From contig NC_043001.1 in the NCBI RefSeq assembly GCF_006345805.1, positions 43,090,001-43,154,000 of the forward strand: 64,000 nucleotides of DNA. Direction: 5' to 3'. This DNA comes from Octopus sinensis. Its lineage: Eukaryota. Both the position numbers and the translations under genes were made by a program. Every line of letters begins with the position of its first letter. The first letter of the stretch is position 1. Shown here piece by piece: positions 26,100-38,730 of this stretch. A model generated the notes under the pieces. It saw only the letters and a program-made list of their open reading frames with translations. It ran no database searches and had not been told where the DNA came from.

Positions 26100-29000
26100 A
26101 AACAGGAGGAGGTAATCAGGGATATTTTCAGTATAAGGAAGATAATAAAAAATGTTGGGAATGATTAGGTTTTATAATTTAACATGATTTGGTTTTGACA
26201 GAATAAAATGTTAGAAATGGTTAAGTTTTGGTTTATATTTTTATGATGTAAAGGAAGAAAAAGACAGAAGTGAAGATAGAATTGCGATAGTCTTACCTGT
26301 CAGTCTGAAAAAAGGGTCACTTTCAACATCCACGTGCTCTCTCAATCTACAAGGTTCACTCCACGTCCACATACGCTATCCATTGTTGAACAGTCTCACA
26401 TATCTGCTCTGATGCGCTGTCCACTGCCAACTGACTCCTCACGCTTCTCTGATGCAGCATGCCCACCACAGCACTTCTGGTAGGACCCACAGGCCCCACT
26501 TCCAACAGTACATGCCTACTCCCTAACTTCCGATCCATCTCTACAACACAGCCTGGCTCATAACACCACAATTTTTCAATGAGGTAAGTTTCCTTATTTA
26601 AAAATGCTAGAACTGGTTAAGTTTTGGCTTATATTTTTCAATGAAGTAGGTTTCCTTTTTTAATCTAACTTGTATTGGTATTCCAATAGCACATTGACAA
26701 AATGGAAAGATTACAAATTGTGGTAGCAGTTATTTTGCGCATCTGTCAATGTGTTCACTAAAGGGTATCATTCTGTATTCTGGGAACACAATCTGCTGTC
26801 GGTGCAGAGTACATCTGTGCCTGAGCGATAATCCCATGGACTCTATGTAATTCTGGTGGCAGCCGAAGTATCTTATAACATAAATCAGGTTTTCCAAGGC
26901 ACAAGTAAAGTCAGATTTGATTTTGAATTTTTGTCCTCTTTAATAAGGAATTCTGATCCTTCTAGAATGATGAGTCATGTTGCACAATTTGGTTGACCAC
27001 ATTTTTTAACTTTTGCATCTGTTATTTTAGAAAATAATTTTGCCTTTGTGAGGATCTTTCTTAGTGACTTTGGTTGTTTGTGGCTTTCAAGGATCTTATG
27101 TATGTGTAAAATTTCCTTTAGTTTGGGGTCCTTATGTAGCATTGGTAGATTTTGGGTGATGATGGTGAAGGCTTCTTTGTTTCTGGGGTTGTAAATGGTT
27201 ATGTTCAGCAGTATTTTCAGGGAGGGTGTGTTGCTGTATTGTACTTTTCGTAAGGTTTTTATGTCGATTTGTGTTGCAAGTCTGATTCCATCCTCTATAA
27301 GTTGGACTGGGTAGTATCTGTCAATGAGGGTATTTTTGAGTTCTTGCAGTCTAAAGTCTGATATTTTTTTCTGATACTATGGTGCAAGGTTGAATGGGAT
27401 GTTTGTTTCGGTGTGTCTTGGGTGGCAGGAATTAAAAAGTAGATATCGTTTGGCGTCTGTGGTTTTGTAAAATGTGTCCGTTTCTGTTTTTAGGTTTATT
27501 TTTTTAACTAATATATCCAAGAAAGGGAGCTCCTCTTGGTTGTATTCCATCGGGAATTGTATGTTAGGGTTGATGCTGTTCAATAATCTTTTGAATTCCA
27601 GGAGTTTGTCTGTTTTCATTCCAAAGGATGAAACAGTCATCCAGGAATCTTTTCAAATTTTCTTTTATGTATTGAGAAAGAGAGTTTCTAAAGGTAGATA
27701 AAGATTCCTGGTATATTCTTATTTCCAGATAGCCCATTGTTGGGCAATGACCAGGGCTGCCCTAGTACCCATGGCAATTTCAGATTTTTGTTGATAAAAA
27801 GTGTTATCAAACATTAAATGATTGTTCAGTAGGATGAATTCAATGGATTCAATTATGAACTCTTTGCTAATCCTTTTCGGTATTTCTTCTGGATATTGGT
27901 CCAGCCAGAACTGAATTGCCTCTAGTCCATAATTATGAGGTATACTGGTATATAAATTAATCACATCAAATGAAACCATGATTGTTTCTTCCTTGACTTT
28001 TCTGGGAGGTGATTAACATGTCTAAGTCATCTCTGATATAACTATTGATGTGTTTAAGAAAGGGTTTCAGGAGGATGTCCATAAACAGACTTAGTCTGTG
28101 TTTCACATACTGGGCCAGCTATAATGGGTCACAATTTTAGGTCCCCTGGTGTATGTATGTCTTTAGTGATTTTTTATGGCTTCATTTATAATCTTTCTTT
28201 TGTGGACTTTTGGTAGACCATAGAATAGGCTAGGTTTGCATTTAAAGTTTGTTAAATGCTCAATTTTTTGGTTGTCAGTTCTTTTCCATGGGTTTTAATT
28301 AGTGAGAATAGGGTTTTCATTATTTTTTGAGGGTTGTAGTTTGTGATTTTTTCGTAATGTTGACTTTCATTAAGCATGGAAATTACTAGATTTTTATAGT
28401 ATAATGTGTCCGTTACTACCACCACACTTCCCTTATCTGCTTCCTTAATCGTTATATCTTCATTATTTTGAAGTTCTGTTAGTTCCTTCCATTGTGTAGT
28501 GCTAAAGTTTGAGGTAATTTTCTGTTTATACATGGTGTGGAAGGGAAAGTTCTCAATGTGGTTGCAGGATTCATCAAGATTTTTATTTCTTCCTTTATGG
28601 TGGTGGTGGTGGGGGGTTCACTTTTGTTTTTGACTAGTGAGTCATCTTTAGTATTGTAATTGGTTAATGCTTCTGCGAGTCTTAATTTTCTACAGAATTC
28701 TATTATACTGTCCTTCACTTCATTTTGGTTGATTCTGCATGGTGTTGGGATGCATTTTAACCCTTTTGAGAGGATGTCTATCTTTGTGCTTGAAAGAGTT
28801 TTAGTTGAGAAGTTAATTAACTTTGGTTTTTCCTGATCACCAGGTTCCAACTTGTGTCCTGGTGTCTCTGCTCTGGGGTTAAAAAAATGTTGGTTGCAGT
28901 TTTGTTTGTATGAGCTGTCTGTGAGGTTGTATGGGATTGGTCCAGGGAAGTGGTGGTACTGTTGCCTTAGATTGCTATGTATGTGTGTGGATGTCTATCA

Positions 29001-29260
29001 GTGTTTTGGTTAGTGATGTGTGTAACATTTCTGTATGCAGCATATTTTTGTTTGAAATTTCTTGTATGCAGGGTGTTTCTTGACCTAGTGTTATTTTGTG
29101 CTGTTCTTTTGTTTGATAAGGACCAGTAGTTTTGGGTAATGGGGTAGTAATGCCTGGTATGTGGTGTGCTTCTTATCCTATTGTTGTTTTGTGGGGTTGG
29201 TCATGCCTGGTATTAAGATGTTGCTGGTGTGTCCTGTTCCTGATATATGGGTGATCTTTA
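26100..29260 (-). mobile_element. Near full-length decayed Penelope-like element (RT + GIY-YIG)
   Basis: ITIKEADKGSVVVV; VSFDVINLYTSIP; IAMGTRAA; FLDDCFILW; ELPFLDILV; NSCHP; GIY-YIG NLIYVIR..GC.QNYI...SLRHR.TLHRQQI at about 26740-26910. A short direct repeat at about 26208 and 26603 suggests pseudo-LTR organisation. Confidence 0.9.
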
Positions 29261-30197
29261 GATTTGGTGTAATCTATTTTATAAATACATATGTATTCAT
29301 ACATACATACATACATACATACATACATACATACATACATACATACATACATACATACATACATACATACATACATAAACTCTCACACACTCATATGTAC
29401 ACAGGTGAGTGAACAAATGAATGGAAGTGTTCATTTAGTAAAAAGTTGATTTGGCTCCTCATGTTACTTAAAATCTCATGGACATCTTCTGGGACACTCA
29501 GAAGCAGAATGAAGGGAAACAAGGTGGCTTCTTTATTACAGAGACAACTTAACTGCCATTGGTTAGTTTGTGTCATATTTTTCTTGTGATAACTCAGTGA
29601 TGACATGTAATGTAAGGAAGCATTTAGGATATTAATATTACTTAGTCATCGATGCATGGTTTTAGTATGATAGCAACATCTAACATGGGTGGTGAGAAAT
29701 GGCTTCTGTATTATACAGAGAGAGAGAGAGAGAGACCTATGGAACTGATGGGTGATTATGGTCATATGGAGGGATGTATTGATAACTTAACAGCAACAGA
29801 TGGTAGGGGAAGATACAATACAAGTTATAATATGAAACAAATGAATGTCAAAACTTAGCCAGTTTCTTTCTTATATATTTTATAATGCACATAATACACA
29901 CACGTGTCGGTATGTATGTGTGTGTATCTGTGTGTGCTTGTATTTCAGATATGCTTTTTTTTCATTCAATGGCAATCATGTTATAGTGAATTTTTCATTA
30001 AAACAAATTGTCTTATGCCTGTAAAGTTCATTACAATAGGTTTTGACACAATTTACATCTATCAAATTCACTTACAATGAATTGGTTCAATAGGGACTAC
30101 TGTAGAAGACATTTACCCAAAATGCCATCCAATAAGACTGAAATCTAAATCACAATTATTTTAAGTGAACTTGTTAACTACACAGCGATAACTATGC

Positions 30198-30253
<56 letters not shown>

Positions 30254-30477
30254 GTAGGTAGGTAGGTAGGTAGGTAGGTAGGTAGGTAGGTAGGTAGGTA
30301 GGTAGGTAGGTAGTCAGTTAGGCAGGTATGCAGGTAGATAGATAGAAGTAGGTAGGTTGGTAGGTAGATAGATAAATAGATAGATATGCACACAAATCGT
30401 ACACATACACACACACACATATTACATGTGTACATACTGTGAATGTGTGTGGGAGTGTATATGTATATTTGTGTGTG

Positions 30478-30526
<49 letters not shown>

Positions 30527-30535
30527 ATATGTATG

Positions 30536-30584
<49 letters not shown>

Positions 30585-30586
<2 letters not shown>

Positions 30587-32801
30587 ATAAAACGGTAAGA
30601 TAACAAAAGAAAGAAAGAGACCTCAATATTATGTAAATAGAGGAAATTTATCTATACAATATGTTACATTACTCGGTAGTCAAGATAAAACTCTGAGTTT
30701 CAGATGCCGAAGTGGAAATCCACAACACCATCTCTTCGGTTATCTGGCTATTTGAAAACGTTATGAAAAAATACCGTTAAAAATGAAGGGAAATTACTCT
30801 GTTATAACTCTGCTTTGCCTGTGTACTTATACATCGCTCGCATTTTTCGTCATAAAAATTATATAAAAATACATAAAAATATATAAAAATATATAAAAAT
30901 ATATAAAATCTTCTTGGGACATTACACAGAAAGCATGTTCTAAACTTAAATTAGATAAAAAAATAGAAACCCTCCCCCAAAAAGAGGCCTTTATTACTAT
31001 TAAAGACCACAAAGAAAACTTCCTTTCCAACCCTAAATGTAGGCTTATCAACCCAGCCAAGTCAGAACTAGGGATTATTAGCAAAGAAATTTTAGATAAA
31101 ATAAATACGAAAATTAAGACCGACACTAGGCTAGTGCAATGGTCTAATAGTATAGAAGTCGTAGACTGATTTAAAGCTATTAAGAATAAGAAAAAAGCGA
31201 GGTTTACACAATTCGATATTGTTGATTTTTATGCCTCTATCTCTAAAGAACTGCTAGATAAAGCCCTAATCTTCGCTAGTGACTTCATAGAAATTAGTAC
31301 CAATGATAAGGATATAATCTTCCATGCTAGAAAGACATTACTTTTCAGTGAGAATGCAAAGTGGGTAAAAAACACCGACACGGAGGGCGCTTTCGATGTG
31401 AGCATGGGTTCATATGATGGGGCAGGCATCTGTGATCTAATTGGACTCTTTCTCCTAGATACCTTCGGTAAGACATTCCCTAACGTACATTTCGCCATCT
31501 ACAAACAGCTAATACAAATGGACCAGCACAAGATCGTTTTAGGAAGGATATTATCCAGTTAATGAAACACTTCGGACTTAGTATAACTATAGACACTAAC
31601 CTGACGGTTGTCAATTTCTTAGACGTTTCCTTAGATCTTAATAATAATATTTATAAGCCTTATAGGAAGCCCAATGATAGACTAAGTTATATTAATGTAG
31701 GTTCATGCCATCCCCCTATAGTATTCAAAAATTTAGTTAAAAATATTAGTAAGAGGATTTCTAGCCTCTCATCTAATGAGGACATCTTCAATAGCGTTGC
31801 CCCAGTTTATAATAAAGCTTTAAAAGATAGTGGTTTTAGCGAAAAAATAAAATATACACCTATCACCAGCCCAACAATAAGGAAAAGGAATAATAGAAAT
31901 AGGAAGGTCATCTGGTTTACGCCCCCTTACTCACCCGAGGTGGCCTTCAATATAGGTAAATATTTCCTAGCACTGATAGATAGACATTTTCCAGTTAACC
32001 ATGCTTATAGGAAACTCTTCAATAGACACAATTTAAAAATTAGTTTTAGTTCAACTACCAATTTTAAAAACATAATCAATCATAACATACAAAAAACACA
32101 AGAAGAAAACAGCTGTTCATGCAGGAATAAAGAATTGTGCCCGCTAAATGGAGCTTGCATGTCCAAGACCATCATATATGAAGCTACCGTAAACTCTATA
32201 ACTACTAAAGACACCGTTTCGACGAAGAAATACGTGGCCTGACAGAGGGTAATTTCAAGGCCAGGTTCAATAACCACACTTTGAGCTTTAGGCACTGGAA
32301 CAAAAGAAAAGCGACACAATTATCCAATCATATTTGGTCTTTAAGAGATAAAGGTGTCGATTATAACATACAATGGAAGATTTTGGCCAGATGTAAGCCC
32401 TATACCAACGGCAGCGGAAGGTGCGGTTTATGCGACATGGAGAGATGGCTTATCTGGAAAAGCAGCTTAGACCCTACCACATGTCTAAATACAAGGACAG
32501 AGCTTTTCGGATCATGCCCACATGTGACTAAATTCTGTTACGTTTTTGGTCCCCTAAAGAAAACGGATAGAACATGCTTTCTGTGTAATGTCCCAAGAAG
32601 ATTTTATATATTTTTATATATTTTTATATATTTTTATGTATTTTTATATAATTTTTATGACGAAAAATGCGAGCGATGTATAAGTACACAGGCAAAGCAG
32701 AGTTATAACAGAGTAATTTCCCTTCATTTTTAACGGTATTTTTTCATAACGTTTTCAAATAGCCAGATAACCGAAGAGATGGTGTTGTGGATTTCCACTT
32801 C

Positions 32802-32803
<2 letters not shown>
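30585..32803 (+). mobile_element. 5'-truncated young Penelope-like element with inverted pseudo-LTR arrangement
   Basis: EAFITIKDHKENF...CRLINPAKSELG; QFDIVDFYASI; SMGSYDGA.ICDL; VNFLDVSLDL; WFTPPYS; GIY-YIG (IIYEATV...YV..TEGNFK.RF.NH; LSNHIWSL). Flanked by 236-bp inverted repeats at 30707-30942 and 32568-32803. Confidence 0.93.
30683..30745 (-). ncRNA. Type I hammerhead-ribozyme-like motif in the Penelope pseudo-LTR (non-canonical core)
   Basis: Minus strand: AGATAA (stem I) - CCGAAGA (CUGANGA with U4C) - GATG...CATC (stem II, plus one extra T) - GAAAC-TCAGA-GT-T (short stem III, site GUU) - TTATCT (stem I partner). Confidence 0.5.
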
Positions 32804-32835
<32 letters not shown>

Positions 32836-32842
32836 TAGATAG

Positions 32843-32878
<36 letters not shown>

Positions 32879-34006
32879 ATATATATATATATATAGATAG
32901 ATAGATGATACATACATACATACATACATACATACATACATGCATACATACATACATACATAAGCGTATCTATATCTATGTGTGTATATACATACATGCA
33001 CACGTGCACATGCGCACACACGCACACACACAATTTCAGTCAATTTAGTGCTCTTCATGATTTTCTATATATTTAATGATCCTTTCGTGCATATCTGTTT
33101 TGATTATCATTCCACCATGAAAATTCTTTTCTTTTTGTTATTTCATATATTGCAGTGATTTTCTAGGAAATTAATGATCTTCTCATGGCTTGGTAAATTT
33201 TCAAATCCATTGGAATGTGGCTGTGAACCACAACCATGCAGTTAATATCTCATGATAAAAGGCTGTATTCTAAATGATTAATTTTTATTTTGCTCTCACC
33301 TCAGTATCTTAAATTCGTAAGTTCATCATGTACACCTTGTGTCTATAGTTAAATGATTGTTGATCTCTTACATATATTTTTTCTTTGATTTTCTATAAAC
33401 TTAATGAGCTTTGCAGTATTGATATTCACTTGATGCTGTTTTTTGCTTAATCCTAAATAAACCCTGATCAAACAGATTCATGACCAAAGGCATTTAAAAC
33501 CATGGAACATTGCATATCTTGGACTAAATTATTCAATATGTCCTTCCTTTTTTAAGGCACTGTGGTATGGTTTGAGGACTGTTATTTCTAGCAGCCACAT
33601 AGCTACTCTCTTATTGAATTGGGGTGCCCTTATTTGCTCAGATTCCCTTTTTGGATCATAATTCCCTCATAGACTTGCTCTGTTTTATACCACAGTAAAC
33701 ATCTACCTGTGTTCTTCATCAGAAAAATGGCGCTTGCCTAGCTACTTTAAAATCACTCAGATATGCTCCAGCTTCTAGTTCATGGGCATTTTGTCTTCTT
33801 TCCTTGCCTTTACTACTGGTACTATAATGTCCTCTGTTCTTCCAAGTTGTTGGTCTCATGCAACTGCTACCCATGAACTCCAGTGTCACTAGTCCTTTCT
33901 CCTCTTATTACTCCTTGTTCCCAAATCTCCAGGCTCCACACAATCAATCCCTCCTTCCCAGAACATTTGCTCTTCTCATAACTTTCTGTAGGTAAGAACT
34001 TAAGGG

Positions 34007-35092
34007 TAAGTACCATATTAATGATGCAGTGAAGGCATCTGCATTCTTTAAATCAACAGTCATGGAAAGCAGATCTATGATGATTGAGGAAATAAAACAA
34101 ATTCGGTCAGACAGATTGAGGACCAAATTCAAAAAAGAAGACTTCTCAGTTTTATAACTATACTAAAACAAAGAGTTTGTTTGAAATGCTGAAGGAATTA
34201 ATTAATTTGAGGCATACTAAGTTGCATTGAATGAAAGAAAGGTGTGTACTGTCACATGTTCTAATATAAGAACAATAAGTTCATAGTGTCTATGAATGAT
34301 GACTCAATATTTGTAGCTGATGATTTGCATTGATGCAGAAATGCACGCACCCTCTACACCCAGTATATCATTCACAGCCCAGTGGTGTGTTTTACATGTA
34401 TGTTGTTTATAAAGAGAATTTTTGCTCTTGAGACAATTTCCTCAGCATATGTCTTTCCATGTCTGGGTGTAGATTAACATGTTAAATATGATTGTACATG
34501 CCTATAGTTCATTCAATGCTACATAGTACACCTTTAATTTAATAATTCCAGCTTGACAAAGCTTTGTGAACCTCAGCAAATATACTGTTTGTTGTCCTAA
34601 TATAAAAGACATTTTTAGTGGCTGTCAATGATGATTCCATATCCATACCTGATGATATGCAATGATGCAGAAATGCATGAATCCTATGTTCTGATTCAGT
34701 GGTTAATATTTTATAGGGTTTAATATTTCTGTGTTTTGATATTGTTAATCAAGACCTTATGCAGTCAGAATGCATTGACAAATAATGATTAACATGTTAA
34801 TGAAATATGGGGCATAAGACTAAAAATGTATTATATTTCAGTTGATATGGTTATATAGACAGAACAGCTAGATAACTTCAACGTACTTTCCTTTCATTCA
34901 ATGCAACTTAGTATGCCTCTTTGTTTTGGTCAGTATAGTTAAAAGACTGAGTAGTCTTCTTTTTTGAATTTGGTTCTCAATTTATATGACTGAATTTGTT
35001 CCATTTTCTCAATCATCATAGATCCATTTTTCATGACTGATAGTAGATTTAAAGAATTCAGATGCCTTTACTGCATCACAGATATGGTACTC
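34007..35092. repeat. Diverged mosaic duplication A(+) B(+) A'(-) B(+) A(-)
   Basis: A at 34007-34248 is inverted at 34883-35092 and partly at about 34508-34560. B (ctaatataa...tgatga...tgatgcagaaatgca...gattaacatgttaa) is a direct repeat at about 34255-34490 and 34590-34810. Confidence 0.75.
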
Positions 35093-35693
35093 ATCCCCAA
35101 GAATGGTAATGATTGGGGATAAATCAAAATTTTGTGTAAGCATTAGAATTGATTTTCTTCCACCATGCTGAATCAATATCTTTAATCTTGTTTCCTTTTT
35201 TTTTTTTTTTTTTTGCTACCAGCATAAATCTCACTTTTACACTTGTTAAGTATATTTTGGGGAAAATATTTGAAATTAGTGCCCTGGTAAAGAGACTGGT
35301 AGAATAAATGCCAGACTAAAGAAAAAAAGTACTGAGGTTGATTTGTTCTACTAAATCCTTCAAGACAATGCCTTGCTTTGACTGCAATCCAATGATTGAA
35401 ACAAGTAAAAGATAAAAAATAACACAAATAAAAAAAATTAATTAAGAAGCATAATCAAAGAAATTACAAAGTGATGCAGTAAATTTGTAGAGAGAAAAGG
35501 TTCAATGCCAACAACATCTTCATGCCTGTTGAAGCTATCAAGCTATTCTGTCTGTACTATTGGAGCATATCATTATGATGAAAAGATTACAAGATTTTTT
35601 TGATATTTCCAGAGCAGTAACATAACATTGAAAAAGTGTAACTTAAATAATTATAAGGTGAGGGAGGGGGGTAACTGTATATGTGTGTGTATG

Positions 35694-35777
<84 letters not shown>

Positions 35778-37258
35778 TACACACACATATATATATACAT
35801 ATATATATAAACATATATATATACATATATATGTATATGTAAGTATGTATCAGTTGAAATATAATACATTTTTTTATTCCTATGCTCCATGTTTTGTCAA
35901 CATGTAAATCACTATTTACAAACTCAATTTGATTGCATAAGGTCTTGATTAACGATAATATTAAAACACAGCAGAGTAAAATATTAATGACTGAATGAGA
36001 GAATGAGAGATATATTGACTTATTAACTAGAAAGAAATTATTTTCAATAAAAGTGTTGAAACTATAAATGTTATTTTGTTTTCATATCATAGGAGCTTGC
36101 CTACTTTAAAATCATCATACAGTTAACTCCAGAAGAAAGCTGAATATGATAAACTCTTCTAATTAACCTAAAGCTTTTCAACCTCTGTAGAGCTAACATT
36201 AAAAATTCTTCACTTTCATGTTTTGTCTCTGATCTCAAAGAAAACATGTTCAACTACTAAGCTAAATAGTGGCTCATTAATCAACCAGCAAAGATGACTT
36301 TGATTTCTTCTATCACAGACAATGGTCAAATTAAAGATCCAGTACTTGCTTTGATGGCTGTCACCTGATTTACAGAAGAGGGTAGATAATATTCAAGTGA
36401 TTAGACAGTTATTTCTTTGACTTGTTAATTTGGAAGGAAGATCAGTTGTTCTGCCAATACATAAATGAATTAATATTTCTCAGGCATTCTGCTGGATATT
36501 TGTAAATGTACATTATCATACAGTTTAGACTAATATACAAAGACTGGATATATTACAATATTTATGTATTCCAGAATTTCTCTGGGTCCTGGGTGATAAT
36601 CTTTGTGCAATCCCAATTTTCTCAGTTACTCTCTCATTTTGAATGACCATCTTGTAATTTTTTTAACCCTTATACTTTTACAATGGCAATTTCCCGAAAC
36701 AATTTTTGAAACTAAATTTCTATTAACTTTCATCAAATGAAAACAAAAAATTCTTATTTCAGTGGAGTATAAATCTTTCATTTCATTTTAGCAGCCAACT
36801 GTTTTGTTCAGAAGCCCCAAAATGTTTTAAGTGCCATCAAAAGAAAAAAAAAGGTAATAACAAATTTTTCACAACACACCCATTTGATTTAATGTCCACC
36901 TTGGTTTGCATGCAGTGAAACTTAACTACAAAGGAGAGGAGAAGTGCAGTTAGAGAGACACAGAGGACCTTTACGTGATAGAGAAGGAAGATAATAATTT
37001 GAATATATTGCTTATAAATAACATGATAAATTGCTCTCTGATAACAAATTCAATTAGTTTTACTTAAAGTTCACTATGGCCTCAAATGTTAAGGCTGTCT
37101 TCATCTTTTTAATCAACAATTCCATAACACAGCACCTAAAGGCACTTTAATTAAAGGCACATTGAGAATACAGCCACAAGAAGTTTTGTTTTGAAACCTT
37201 GATCCAATTCACACTGTCATCCTTTTGCATGCCAACCTAAATCAAACTTTTAGCCCAT

Positions 37259-37308
<50 letters not shown>

Positions 37309-37313
37309 TATTA

Positions 37314-37374
<61 letters not shown>
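37259..37374. repeat. (CAT)n(ATT)n compound microsatellite
   Basis: Seen directly. Further (ATT)n arrays lie at 37921-38064 and 38430-38511. Confidence 0.97.
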
Positions 37375-37920
37375 GAGTGAGAGAGCAGTTTATGCCATCA
37401 AAGTGACACTGGGGTAAAATATACGAAGCCCAATATACTCATCATGACTACCCGTCTGATAAGGGAACACCAGGCACATGCATCACAACCATATGTGCGC
37501 GACATGGTGATCTCATATCAAGATAAACAGCACATGACCTTGCAGGTGGGGCCCAGTTAGAATTTTTTTCAGGTTGAGTAGCCCATCCTGCTCAAAAGGT
37601 CCCTGAATAAGGGTTGTTTAAGGATGTTGAAAGAACCACCCATGTTTCCAGAGGTGAATTGTTCAAACCCCAAAGAATCCCTCTCAACACATGGCTATGA
37701 TGCTCCCCCACTACTTCTGCTCGTGATCAGAGATGCACATATCGTCAGCCACTAAGGGACATGCTCAACTGGTTACGGTCAAACAACTGACAAGCAAATC
37801 TGTGGTATTGAGCAGAATATTTGCTGTAGCTCATCTTTTATACCAAGACAAAACAATGTACATGATAACACTCCCAATCAGTTAAGATCAGAAGCCATGA
37901 GAGCCATTGCCTGGTACTGC
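37375..37920. repeat. About 545-bp unclassified non-coding interspersed element bounded by (ATT)n arrays
   Basis: A GC-richer block with sharp borders against (ATT)n on both sides and no informative ORF. Confidence 0.45.
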
Positions 37921-37921
37921 A

Positions 37922-37956
<35 letters not shown>

Positions 37957-38065
37957 TATTATTATTATTATTATATTATATTATTATTATTACTATTATT
38001 ATTATTATTACTATTACTATTACTATTACTATTACTATTATTATTATTATTATTATTATTATTAC

Positions 38066-38429
38066 TTTTTTTTTTCTTCTTTCAAATTTGCTTCCATTTC
38101 TTGTCGAGTGTCTTCCCGACTCCTAGGGCAAAGAAACTCATAGTGTATATTGGTAGGCCATTAAACCAAACTCAGTAGTTCGTTCATTTTTTTTTTTTTT
38201 TTAAAGTTAAATTAAAATACATGAGCAGCAACAGTTCTCACATCGACAATGCTCTTCTCAATACGTGTGATGTACCAGTTAAGACAATCTTTTGCACTTC
38301 TTGCAGGGATGGTAAGCCAGGGATCATTCTCATATAATTTTCGGTTCCCTTCTTGATCATTCCTAGTGCTCCTACGATCACTGGTATTGTAACCGCCTTG
38401 AGATGCCACATTTTCTCAATTTCAATTAG
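38066..38429 (-). mobile_element. 3' end of an RLE-type non-LTR retrotransposon (R4/Dong-like) inserted in (TAA)n
   Basis: IEIEKMWHLKAVTIPVIVGALGMIKKG...LQEVQKIVLTGTSHVLRRALSM* is the C-terminal restriction-like endonuclease tail. A short 3'UTR follows, with TAA arrays on both sides. Confidence 0.82.
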
Positions 38430-38511
38430 TATTATTATTATTATTATCATTATTATTATTAATATTATTATTATTATTATATTATATTATTATTATTATT
38501 ATATTATTATT

Positions 38512-38730
38512 AAAGCGGTAAGCTGGCAGAATCATTAGCATGCTGAACGAAATGTTTAGCAGTATTTCACCTGTTGCTACATTCTGAGTTGAAGTTCCGC
38601 TGAGGTCAGTTTTGCCTTTCATCTTTTCAATGTTGATAAGTTAAGTGCCAATTACACACTGGGGTCGATCTAATCGACTAGCCCCATCCCCCAAAATTTC
38701 AGGCCTTGTGTTTTTAGTAAAAAGAATTAT
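38512..38730 (+). mobile_element. tRNA-derived SINE, second family (also 54717-54910 + and 40865-41038/42278-42318 -)
   Basis: Head agctggcagaatcattagc...ttctgagttgaa, and central motif tttgcctttcatc...gttgataagttaagt...ggggtcgat shared among the three copies. Confidence 0.75.

Noticed and set aside
31167-31169. In-frame TGA in the Penelope RT as a second Sec codon
   Set aside because: It is most simply a TGG-to-TGA mutation in a dead element (Trp is expected in this motif), and no SECIS was found nearby.
34004-34197. Open frame GKYHINDAVK...IEEIKQIRSDRLRTKFKKE resembling a PARP catalytic N-terminus
   Set aside because: No downstream HG/Y/E motifs, no flanking acceptor, and the inverted paralogue is frameshifted.
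36300-36900. Possible second hAT C-terminal relic (minus strand)
   Set aside because: Too degraded; motifs are recoverable only by combining frames liberally.
37865-37920. Faint similarity to 5S rRNA box A/C or the U2 3' end (gatcagaagcc...gcctggtactgca)
   Set aside because: Short, gapped match with no extension and no compatible secondary structure.
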